From contig JBDSLX010000265.1 of NCBI GenBank assembly GCA_039916145.1, forward strand, positions 1 to 31,241: a stretch of DNA of 31,241 nucleotides. The letters run 5' to 3'. A program made the position numbers and the translations under genes. This document shows positions 1 to 8,486 of this stretch, piece by piece (position 1 is the first letter of the stretch; the number at the start of each line of letters is the position of its first letter). This DNA is from Verrucomicrobiota bacterium. Lineage in GTDB: Bacteria; Verrucomicrobiota; Verrucomicrobiia; Limisphaerales; CANJXF01. The notes under the pieces are model-generated. The model ran no database searches, was not told the DNA's origin, and saw nothing but the letters and a program-made list of their open reading frames with translations.

Positions 1-1445
1 TGAATAGATAAATCACGCGTGATTTTAAATTTCTCAACGCGCTTTCGCAGGGTAGCGCGCGTGATGCCCAAAAGTTTGGCGGCTTGCACCTGGTTTCCTT
101 TTGTTTCGAGTAAGGCTTGAATGATCAACTCTCGTTCGACTGCGGGAATTAGTTTGAGTTTGCTGTCTTTGCGCGCCCACGAAAACAACTGGCCGACCAG
201 ATGTGCCAAATCGCCGCTTTGATTTGCGCGCGAAATTGGAGCAGTAGTTCGGGAAGGGGCGGTTGACGTTCCCAAAATTTCAGGTGGAAAATCATTGGGC
301 AAAATGACGCTGCCTTTTGCGACGACAGTGGCGCGTTGGATGACGTTTTCCAATTCGCGCACGTTTCCGGGCCAGTTGTAATTTTCCAACGCTTTCATGG
401 CGGCGGCGGCGATAGATTTTCGCCCGCCACTTTTGCCGGTGAATTTTTTGAGAAAATAATTTGCGAGCAATGGAATGTCTTCGCGCCGCTCGCGCAAAGA
501 CGGCAGATGAATCCGCACGACGTTCAAGCGATAGAATAAATCTTCACGAAATTCCTTGGCGGCCACGGCGTCTTCCAAAGGTTTGTTTGTCGCAGCGATC
601 ACGCGGACATCGACTTTGACCGAATGATTTCCGCCGACGCGCTCGAATGTGCCGGACTGCAAAACACGCAGCATCCGCGTCTGCGTGGCGAGCGACATGT
701 CGCCGATTTCATCGAGAAAAATTGTTCCACGATCACATTGCTCGAACTTTCCGATGCGTTGCGTGGCCGCACCGGTAAACGCGCCGCGTTCGTGGCCGAA
801 CAATTCGCTTTCCAAAAGATTTTCGGGAATCGCGGCGCAATTGATGGCGAGGAATGGTTGTTCGCTGCGTTTGCTGTGGTGATAAATCGCGCGCGCCACG
901 AGTTCTTTTCCGGTGCCACTTTCGCCGGTGATAAGCGCGGTGGCGTCGCTCGCGGCCAATTGCCCGATCAGTTTGTAAACCTGTTGCATCGCTTCGCCTT
1001 GTCCGACGATGCCCAGCTCGTGATCTTCGGAATCAAGCAATGGTTGATACGAAACGACCTGTTTCATATCGCGCGCGGCCTTCAACGCGTCGGTGACGAT
1101 TTGCTTGAGCTTCGGAACGTCGAACGGCTTGAGCAAATAATCGTAAGCGCCGAGTTTCATCGCTTCGATGGCAGTTTGCGTCGTGCCAAAAGCGGTCATC
1201 ATAATGACGAGTTGTTTGGCGTCGTTTTCGCGCAAGCGACGCAGTGTTTCCAAGCCGTTAATGCCGCCCATCCGAACGTCCATGATGACGAGGTCGGGCT
1301 TGAGTTTCGGGATTATTTTTAAACCTTCTTCGCCGCTGCTCGCGGTGGAGAGTTGGATTTCTGCTCCATTAAAAATCCGTCGAAACGAATATTGCACGTC
1401 AGCTTCGTCGTCGATCAAAAGGACTTTGTTGATGGGATCAGGCAT
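1..1445 (-). CDS. Sigma-54-dependent response regulator, NtrC family (REC-AAA+-Fis HTH); 3' end runs off the window
   Basis: Not in the ORF track. Manual translation from ATG 1445 gives MPDPINKVLLIDDEADVQ, receiver LVIMDVRMGG, Walker A TGESGTGKE, ESELFGHERGAFTGA, Walker B FLDEIGDM and HTH GNQVQAAKLLGITRATLRKR. The frame is open to base 3 (481 codons). Confidence 0.95.
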   Translation of the reverse strand, partial: MPDPINKVLLIDDEADVQYSFRRIFNGAEIQLSTASSGEEGLKIIPKLKPDLVIMDVRMGGINGLETLRRLRENDAKQLVIMMTAFGTTQTAIEAMKLGAYDYLLKPFDVPKLKQIVTDALKAARDMKQVVSYQPLLDSEDHELGIVGQGEAMQQVYKLIGQLAASDATALITGESGTGKELVARAIYHHSKRSEQPFLAINCAAIPENLLESELFGHERGAFTGAATQRIGKFEQCDRGTIFLDEIGDMSLATQTRMLRVLQSGTFERVGGNHSVKVDVRVIAATNKPLEDAVAAKEFREDLFYRLNVVRIHLPSLRERREDIPLLANYFLKKFTGKSGGRKSIAAAAMKALENYNWPGNVRELENVIQRATVVAKGSVILPNDFPPEILGTSTAPSRTTAPISRANQSGDLAHLVGQLFSWARKDSKLKLIPAVERELIIQALLETKGNQVQAAKLLGITRATLRKRVEKFKITRDLSI

Positions 1446-2538
1446 TTTCGATTTCAGTTTGTGGCCCTGTCACTTCTTTCAAATGTTCTCTATTTTTTAA
1501 CCCAACATAAACGGCGCCACCAACAAGGCTCCAGAATAAGCCTCCTCCGTAAATCAACAAAGAGAGGGAAAGTGCGGAAGTTTTAGGAACGTGGATTTCC
1601 GGCGCAGCGAGCATGAGGACAAAAAGATTTTCGCGCACGCCCAATCCGCTCGGAGTGATGGGCAATGCTGAAATGCAAATGATGATTGGAACAACGACAA
1701 AAAGCGCCACGGGAGGAATGCTCAGGTTCAAACCGTAAGCAACCGTCATGACTTGCAATACACAGACGACATTGAGGGACATGGAAATGGCAATGGCCTT
1801 GAGCAGGAAAGTCCGTCGGCAGCCGAATTGGCGGCAGGAATCCAAAGAACGCTCCAGCAATTGGCCTTTCGGTAATTTGCGGAAATAACTGCGCGCTTTG
1901 GGAAATCGTTTTGAAATTCCGCCCCAAAAAGCGATCCACAACAAGGCGGTAAACGCAGCCAAGAGCAACAAAATGAGCAAGGCGCAGGCGCCCAGACTTT
2001 TGTGCGAGAATAGAAGATGAAAATTTGGCAACATCATGAGCGCGGCGAAAAGCAGCATAGCCCACAATCCCAATAAACGATCCACGAACACAGTGATGAC
2101 CGCTTCGGTTTTCTTGTGATGCGTTTCGCGCGCGGCGTAATAGGCTTTGATTAAATCCCCGCCGGTCGATCCGAGGAGAAAAGAGTTGAAGAATTGTGCG
2201 ACAAAGGTGATTGCGGTTGCGCGACGCAGCGGCAGATGCAAACCCTGAACTTCAAGAACCATTCGCCAACGAATTACTCCAAGGACGACAGTGGTTCCAA
2301 AACACAGGAGCGAGAGAGCAAAGGCGCCGGGATGAATGAGGGCGATGGTTTGCCATAGTTCGCGCGGGCCGGTCGTCCATGCTTGTTTCCATTGCTCGGC
2401 GCGGGAAAGTTCTTGCCATCCTGCGCCAAGTTTTTCAGCGGCTTCGTTCCGAAAAATGGAATGAAACACCCAGGCCAGCAACATCAGGCACAAGCCAATT
2501 CGCCAACTGGTTTTCCAAGCTCTCTTTATCGTGTTCAC
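1438..2538 (-). CDS. Lysylphosphatidylglycerol synthase TM-domain / flippase-like membrane protein (UPF0104-type)
   Basis: Multi-TM protein with RWRMVL, FFNSFLLGSTGGDLIKAYY, DRLLGL and LPITPSGLGVRE motifs. Start moved from TTG 2550 to GTG 2538 because it forms a GTGA overlap with the upstream stop. Confidence 0.85.
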   Translation of the reverse strand: MNTIKRAWKTSWRIGLCLMLLAWVFHSIFRNEAAEKLGAGWQELSRAEQWKQAWTTGPRELWQTIALIHPGAFALSLLCFGTTVVLGVIRWRMVLEVQGLHLPLRRATAITFVAQFFNSFLLGSTGGDLIKAYYAARETHHKKTEAVITVFVDRLLGLWAMLLFAALMMLPNFHLLFSHKSLGACALLILLLLAAFTALLWIAFWGGISKRFPKARSYFRKLPKGQLLERSLDSCRQFGCRRTFLLKAIAISMSLNVVCVLQVMTVAYGLNLSIPPVALFVVVPIIICISALPITPSGLGVRENLFVLMLAAPEIHVPKTSALSLSLLIYGGGLFWSLVGGAVYVGLKNREHLKEVTGPQTEIENA

Positions 2539-3449
2539 TCGTTTCCCCAAAGATTCTTGATGTGGGCGATGCCTTGTTGAGCTTCCTCAGTTTTTAGCGA
2601 CGGGCTGAATTCAAAAACCTTGATGTGTTCGGGTTTGACGGTCGGTGTCAGCAAAGCAAAATCGATCATGCCTGCTCCTGGCCTGCGATGGTCTCTGCCG
2701 GGGAACTCGACGTCATGAATGTGGAAACCGAGAAGCCGAGGGGCGAGGGATTCCAAATGAAGCGCGTGGTTAATGAATCCCAAGTTTTCTTTGATTTGCG
2801 CGTGGCCGGTGTCATGCCAGTAACAAATCGTTTCGCTGGGAAATTCCCGGAACAGCAGCGAAAAATCTCCATCAAGCGGAATTTCTTCCAGCGCCTCGCG
2901 GTTTTCGATGCCCAGTTTGATTCCGCGCGCTTCGGCAGGTTCAGCCAAACGGCGCAACATTTGATATGATTGTTCGAGGAATTTTTCTTTCTTCTGTTCA
3001 CGCTTTTCAAAAACTTCTTCGCTGATTTTTTCGAACTTGCCGCTTTCCTTTTTTCCATCAGCGATCAACTCCAGAAGTTTTTCGGTATAATCTTTCATGT
3101 CGATGCAGCCCATGTGCAACACGACGGCGTGAGCTTTAAGACGCGCGGCGGTTTCAATGGTTTTCATGGAATGGCGAAATGCATTTTCGCGTTCGCGTTC
3201 GTCCTGGGACGAAAAGAGAAAAAGATTCGGCGCAGCTTGATTGACCCCCATTGGCAGCGGACAAAAATTGTGTAGAGTGGAAATTTTGATTTCTCCGGCG
3301 TCCACGGCTTCGAGAATTCCCGGCAAAAGGCTGATGCGAATTCCGTGACTCAGCTCCGCATATTCAAAACCCAGATCGCGAATTTCACGGAGCATTTCGC
3401 GACCGTCGGTGTGGCGATGCGAATTCCAGCAGGTTGAAAATGAATACAT
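2535..3449 (-). CDS. Sugar-phosphate isomerase/epimerase family TIM-barrel protein (AP endonuclease 2-like)
   Basis: 304 aa with metal-ligand motifs ELSH, LHN, VVLHMG, GIENRE, WHDTGH, HIHD and FEFSP. Confidence 0.85.
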   Translation of the reverse strand: MYSFSTCWNSHRHTDGREMLREIRDLGFEYAELSHGIRISLLPGILEAVDAGEIKISTLHNFCPLPMGVNQAAPNLFLFSSQDERERENAFRHSMKTIETAARLKAHAVVLHMGCIDMKDYTEKLLELIADGKKESGKFEKISEEVFEKREQKKEKFLEQSYQMLRRLAEPAEARGIKLGIENREALEEIPLDGDFSLLFREFPSETICYWHDTGHAQIKENLGFINHALHLESLAPRLLGFHIHDVEFPGRDHRRPGAGMIDFALLTPTVKPEHIKVFEFSPSLKTEEAQQGIAHIKNLWGNE

Positions 3450-3450
3450 A

Positions 3451-3494
3451 AATTAAAAAGGCCGAGTGCAGTCAGGTTTTAACCACACTCGGCC
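3451..3494 (-). terminator. Rho-independent terminator after rpsU
   Basis: 9-bp stem GGCCGAGTG/CACTCGGCC (3460-3468 and 3486-3494), followed on the minus strand by TTTTTAATTT. Confidence 0.75.
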
Positions 3495-3510
3495 ATGGGA
3501 ATTCAAACGA

Positions 3511-3708
3511 TTACAAGTCCGCGTAACGAGCGCTTAACATGGCGGAGAACCGCGCCACTTTCATTTTACGGCGTTTGCGTTCACTCGGCTTCTCGAAATG
3601 CCGACGCGTGCGCACTTCTTTCATCGTCCCTTCGCGGTCGATTTTTTTCTTTAAACGGCGCAGGGCTTTATCAACCGGCTCGCCTTTTTTTAATCTAATT
3701 TCGGTCAA
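3511..3708 (-). CDS. rpsU: 30S ribosomal protein S21
   Basis: 65 aa, [13 protein letters not shown]...[17 protein letters not shown] start with AGAGAGG SD upstream. Confidence 0.97.
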   Translation of the reverse strand: MTEIRLKKGEPVDKALRRLKKKIDREGTMKEVRTRRHFEKPSERKRRKMKVARFSAMLSARYADL

Positions 3709-3786
3709 AAAAATTCACTTCCTCTCTGGATTTTGACTTGGCGGCGTCATACCGCTGTCTTCAAAGTTCTTAAAACTAGGGGCTGG

Positions 3787-3815
3787 AGATTAGTTTTGGG
3801 GTCGATGGGTGTCAA
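3787..3815 (-). promoter_or_regulatory. Sigma70-type promoter for rpsU
   Basis: TTGACA (3815-3810), 17-nt spacer, TAATCT (3792-3787). Confidence 0.7.
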
Positions 3816-3838
3816 CACTCTCCTTTGGAACCGCAGAA

Positions 3839-4624
3839 TTAACCAAGGCGGAGGCCATTCGTCTCCACTAACTTCCGATTATACGCAACAGCATCTTCAT
3901 ACTTTAACCATTCTCCACCAAAGACATCCAACGCAGAGCCTATGGTTAGATCAATGCGGCCTCCGCTCAGTCGCGTCACTGCTTCTAAATCGCTCAATGA
4001 CCGAGCACCACCCGCGTAAGTGGTTGGAATGGGTGCCCAATCGCTCAGTTTCTGCACGAGATCCAAGTCAATTCCTCGACAGAGACCTTCCACATCAGCG
4101 GCATGAATCAAAAATTCATCACATGAATCTGCCAGATTCTGCAAAGTTTCGTAACCTAGTTTCAAGTCAGTAAATCTTTGCCAGCGATCCGTCACCACTA
4201 AATAGTCGTCCCCTTTTTTGCGACAACTCAGATCCAGTACCAGCCGCCTTTTCCCGATTTTTTCCACAAGAGTTTTAAGCCGTTCGCGATCCAGAACACC
4301 GTCGCGAAAAACCCACGAAGTCACGATCACGTGCGACGCGCCCGCCTTGAGCCAGCTTTGCGCATTTTCCAAATTAATGCCCCCGCCGATTTGCATTCCA
4401 CCGGGATATGCCTTCAAAGCTTCGCGCGCCGCAGTTTCATTTCCCGCGCCGAGCATAATGATGTGGCCGCCGCTCAAATTGTCGCGTTTGTAAAGTTCCG
4501 CATACCAAGCCGCGGAACGATCCGAGACAAAGTTGGTGCGCAAAGTCGCAGCGTCATCCGTCAGCGAGCCGCCGACAATTTGCTTCACTTTGCCTTCATG
4601 CAAATCAATGCACGGTCTAAACAT
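3839..4624 (-). CDS. hisA: Phosphoribosylformimino-5-aminoimidazole carboxamide ribotide isomerase, eukaryote-like (HIS6) type
   Basis: Signature FRPCIDLHEGKVKQIVGGSL, plus MQIGGGI, LVLDLSC, EFLIHAADVEG and DLTIGSALD. Confidence 0.93.
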   Translation of the reverse strand: MFRPCIDLHEGKVKQIVGGSLTDDAATLRTNFVSDRSAAWYAELYKRDNLSGGHIIMLGAGNETAAREALKAYPGGMQIGGGINLENAQSWLKAGASHVIVTSWVFRDGVLDRERLKTLVEKIGKRRLVLDLSCRKKGDDYLVVTDRWQRFTDLKLGYETLQNLADSCDEFLIHAADVEGLCRGIDLDLVQKLSDWAPIPTTYAGGARSLSDLEAVTRLSGGRIDLTIGSALDVFGGEWLKYEDAVAYNRKLVETNGLRLG

Positions 4625-4646
4625 CCGAAAAACCTATGGTCACAAC

Positions 4647-4674
4647 TTCAAAGTTCAAAGTTCAAAGTTCAAAG
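4647..4674. repeat. Perfect heptamer tandem repeat (TTCAAAG)x4
   Basis: Directly visible in the hisA/tamB divergent intergenic region. Confidence 0.95.
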
Positions 4675-4775
4675 CGAGACGCACCCCGGTCAAAGAATAA
4701 TGGAACTCCCGTTGGTCTCTCGCTTCGGCCTCGGCTATAGTCAAAACGGATTTTAAATTAACTTGGGCGAAATAA

Positions 4776-7700
4776 ATGTCGCGAGGAAAACGGAATATGG
4801 GGACAGTCAGCCGCAAACGTAAATTTTTGGTTTTGTTGGGACTTGCTATTTCCATCCTGGCCATTTTAATCGCCGCCGCGCCTCTCTGGTTTCCCTGGAT
4901 TCTCCCGTCCGTTTTTAAAAAATATGGAGTCCGTTATTCGCACTACGAACGCGACGGCTACAGCCGATTTATTTTGCGCAACGTAATTTTCGCCCAGCCC
5001 AAAATAAAGTTTCAAGCCAAGCGAGTTGAAATTTTGTTTCCGACCACGCTTCTCTGGCGCAATTTCGGCGATGACCGGCGGGAAAATTATTTGCGCGTGT
5101 CAGACTGGTCTCTGGAGCTTTTGGATTCCACTGACACACAGCCCAAAACCAACTCGGTTTTTTACCTGTCTCAAAAACTCGATCCCCTCTTGGCGGATTT
5201 GAAGCGGTGGATTCCAAGAGCGACTTTGGACAATGGTGCCATTCGTTTTAAGAACAAGGTAATTGCGCTCCCCGTCGCGGAATGGGCCAAGGGAAATTTG
5301 TCCGGGCGAATTTTCTCGCCACAACTTTTCCCAGAAACATTTTTTAACGCTGATCTTGAGGACAAATTTTCAAAAAGAATTTTAATTGAAAACCCAACTT
5401 GGAATGTCGGTGCCGTATTCATCATCGCCGAGCAGGAAAAAAATCTTCTGCAACTCGAGGGAAGCGTCTTGTGGCAAAGCAATCACATCGATCTCGCCGC
5501 GCAATTTGGGCGAGAGGGATGGCTGCCCGACTCCGCTTCCGTAAATTCAAAATTATTTCGTGTTCCGGCTGAAGTTTTAAAATTACAAGGCTATCGGGAT
5601 TTAGGCGGTTCGCTTGATCTTCGTTGGGCAACCAATCGTTTTACAGTTGATCTCACAGCCAGTGCGCAACCGATTGAAAACAAAGAAGTTTTTCTCTCGC
5701 CCGTCGAAGCTGTAATTCATGCAAGCGGCGACACAAATTCCGTTCTCGTCGAAACCGCCACCATTTCATCGCCGTGGTTGCAGGCAAAACTATCTAAAAA
5801 CGTGGAATTCAGTTTTCGTGGCGAATTGCTAAGTGAAGCGGCGACGTTGAGCCTCGCCGCTGATTTATCAGAGCAACATTGGATTGCAGCGACCGGAATT
5901 TTGAACGGCGTAGCCATTTTACGGCGCGGCACAAATCGTTTTCCCGATACGACATTTACCTTGGCAGGGGCCGGAATCGATATCAGCGAGATTCAAACTG
6001 AACAGCTTGATGTGCAAGGCGAACTCGACTGGCCGTGGCTGCGAATCGATTCGGCGAGCGTTCGATTTAAAGATGCCAATGCCCAGGCTAATCTCAAGTT
6101 CAACGCGGTGACGCGCTTGATCGCAGATGGAAATCTAAAACTCGACGGACACCTTGGCCGCGAATTTCTTCCGCCGGAAATTTCCTACAAAAAAATTTCG
6201 CTCAACGCGGATTTTTCGGGCTCGCTCAAAAAACTTTTGCACTCGGCGCACGTTGAGTTGAAAGACGCGAAGTTTCCCGGTCTGGCGCCGCTCGGAATTG
6301 TGGCCGACTGGCGCGGCACTCATCTTGATTTAGAAAGTTTGCAGGCAAAAATTTCATCCACAAATTCGGCGTTGGTTTTTTCAGGCTCTGCCAATGTGCA
6401 GACCGACCGAATCGACGCTCGTGTTGAAAAACTCACTCTGATGACACAGGAGCAGTCCGTTTTAAGTTTGCAAAAACCGATCGCCATTTCTTCAATGAAA
6501 AATGGTTCGAGTTGGACCGCCACAATCGAGCCGCTCCGCTGGCTTGGGGAAAAAACGGAAATTTCTTTAGCAGGAAATGTTCAATGGCCGCAGCAAGGCG
6601 ATGTTTCTCTTTCCACGACCCAATTTAATTTTTCTGTTTTCCAGGATTTTAGCGAACGTCCATTGCCGAGTGTTTTGATCGAGCGATTGAACGCCGTTGC
6701 GAAGTGGACCAATGGCCCGGTAAATTTCTCATTTGAAGCTTTCGCTCGATTTTTCTCGCGAGATGGAACGCCGTTTCTCGCCGAATTGCAGGCGCTCGGA
6801 AACGCAAAAGGAACGACAATCGAACTGGCAAATGTCGGGACGAAAACCGAAACGGTTATTTCGGGAAAAGGTTTTTTGCCGATGACCATTTTGCCGGGCA
6901 GTTCGAATCTACTGCAAACAATTCCGAAGGGATCGGTTGATTTTCGCGCCGAAACAATTCCCAACACGCAATTTTGGGAGGAGCTTGCGAGTTTGACGCA
7001 AACCACTTTCCGCGAGCCGCGCGTTTCTATCGTGATTTTGGGAACAGTCGATGCGCCGCAGGGAAAAATCAGCGCCAGCGCCAAGGAAATTATTCTTAAA
7101 CCGAAAGCGCCCGACCAGCCGATCCCACGATTTCAAAATCTTTTTGCTGATTTCGATTTGGTGCGCGAGCACGTGACGCTGAATCGCTTCGAGGTTTTTG
7201 TCGAAGGCCAGCCGATAACGGCCACGGGAGAACTTCCTTTGCCAAAAATTTTGGAACGCGATTGGAAAAAAGTTTTCGATTGGCGCAAAGCCAACGCGCA
7301 TTTGAAAATTATCGATGCGCAAATTGCGCCTTTCGAACGACTGTTCCCAACTATTTTGAGTCCTCTCGGCACGATGAATCTGGATGTTACCATCGTGTCC
7401 GGCGGAAAACTGGATGGTGAATTGCGCGTTGAAAACGCAGCACTTCGTCCGATTCCATCTTTGGGCCCGATACACGACATCAAAGCGCGGCTCAAACTGG
7501 CTGGCACTCAATTGAAACTCGAAACGTTTGAAGGATTTCTGGGAGGCGAGGCGGTTAACCTGTCTGGTGAAATCAATCTCGCCAAATACCAATCGACAAA
7601 TCTTCCCGCTTTCAATTTCAAATTGACCGGAACAAATGTTCCCCTGGCGCGCAGCCCGGATTTCATTTTACGCAGCGACATTGATCTTGGCATTGCGAAT

Positions 7701-8486
7701 AAACAAGGAGGCGTGCCGGTGATTTCCGGCGCATTAAATTTGCGCGACAGTTTTTATCTGAGTGACCTGAAACTTTTAATTCCAGGAAAAGTAGCGAAAC
7801 CGAAGAATCGTCCGCCGTATTTCAGTGTGGAAACCGAGCCATTAGCGAATTGGCATCTAAATATCGCGGTGCGTGGGGAAAATTCCTTGAAAGTGCGCAG
7901 CCCGCTTTTTCGGGGCGAGCTTTCGGCCAATTTGAAACTGGATGGAACTTTGAAAGAGCCGATTGCGCTCGGCGATGCGAGAATAAATTCGGGCGTGATC
8001 CAATTTCCATTTGCCAATTTGCGCGTGGATCAAGGATTCATTTCTTTGACGAGCGACAATCCGTACCGCCCCCACCTGTCGGTCTCGGCTTCGTCCAGAA
8101 CTTTTGGTTACGACGTGAAAATGGAAGTGAGCGGCCCCGCCGACAAACCGAACATTGAGTTCTCCTCCAACCCCGGGCTGACTTCCGAACAGATTTTGTT
8201 GATGGTGACAGCGGGAGAATTGCCGCGAGATGAAATTAATTTTTCGACCCAGCAAAAAGCCGGACGGCTCGCGTTTTTTCTGGGGAAAAATTTGATGTCG
8301 AAGTTTGGATCGAACGACGCGAGAGATGACAAACTGGAGATCCGCTCCGGCGAAAACGTTTCCGAGCAAGGGCGGCAAACCTATTATCTGGAATACAAAT
8401 TGACGGATGATTGGTCGATTGTAGGAGAATACGACCGCTTCGGCGGATTGAATGCCGGGTTCAAATGGAAATTTTTTTCAAAGTGA
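4776..8486 (+). CDS. tamB: Translocation/assembly module TamB family protein
   Basis: 1236 aa; basic N-terminus plus one TM anchor; long repetitive beta-rich body; DUF490-like C-terminus ending EYKLTDDWSIVGEYDRFGGLNAGFKWKFFSK. Adjacent to an Omp85 gene. Confidence 0.88.
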   Translation: MSRGKRNMGTVSRKRKFLVLLGLAISILAILIAAAPLWFPWILPSVFKKYGVRYSHYERDGYSRFILRNVIFAQPKIKFQAKRVEILFPTTLLWRNFGDDRRENYLRVSDWSLELLDSTDTQPKTNSVFYLSQKLDPLLADLKRWIPRATLDNGAIRFKNKVIALPVAEWAKGNLSGRIFSPQLFPETFFNADLEDKFSKRILIENPTWNVGAVFIIAEQEKNLLQLEGSVLWQSNHIDLAAQFGREGWLPDSASVNSKLFRVPAEVLKLQGYRDLGGSLDLRWATNRFTVDLTASAQPIENKEVFLSPVEAVIHASGDTNSVLVETATISSPWLQAKLSKNVEFSFRGELLSEAATLSLAADLSEQHWIAATGILNGVAILRRGTNRFPDTTFTLAGAGIDISEIQTEQLDVQGELDWPWLRIDSASVRFKDANAQANLKFNAVTRLIADGNLKLDGHLGREFLPPEISYKKISLNADFSGSLKKLLHSAHVELKDAKFPGLAPLGIVADWRGTHLDLESLQAKISSTNSALVFSGSANVQTDRIDARVEKLTLMTQEQSVLSLQKPIAISSMKNGSSWTATIEPLRWLGEKTEISLAGNVQWPQQGDVSLSTTQFNFSVFQDFSERPLPSVLIERLNAVAKWTNGPVNFSFEAFARFFSRDGTPFLAELQALGNAKGTTIELANVGTKTETVISGKGFLPMTILPGSSNLLQTIPKGSVDFRAETIPNTQFWEELASLTQTTFREPRVSIVILGTVDAPQGKISASAKEIILKPKAPDQPIPRFQNLFADFDLVREHVTLNRFEVFVEGQPITATGELPLPKILERDWKKVFDWRKANAHLKIIDAQIAPFERLFPTILSPLGTMNLDVTIVSGGKLDGELRVENAALRPIPSLGPIHDIKARLKLAGTQLKLETFEGFLGGEAVNLSGEINLAKYQSTNLPAFNFKLTGTNVPLARSPDFILRSDIDLGIANKQGGVPVISGALNLRDSFYLSDLKLLIPGKVAKPKNRPPYFSVETEPLANWHLNIAVRGENSLKVRSPLFRGELSANLKLDGTLKEPIALGDARINSGVIQFPFANLRVDQGFISLTSDNPYRPHLSVSASSRTFGYDVKMEVSGPADKPNIEFSSNPGLTSEQILLMVTAGELPRDEINFSTQQKAGRLAFFLGKNLMSKFGSNDARDDKLEIRSGENVSEQGRQTYYLEYKLTDDWSIVGEYDRFGGLNAGFKWKFFSK

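Noticed and set aside
624-1322. 232-aa plus-strand ORF
   Set aside because: Shadow of the NtrC-family gene on the minus strand, which the ORF track missed because it is truncated.
4655-4864. 69-aa minus-strand ORF ending in the heptamer repeat
   Set aside because: Overlaps the tamB start in antisense; its C-terminus is just the translated repeat.
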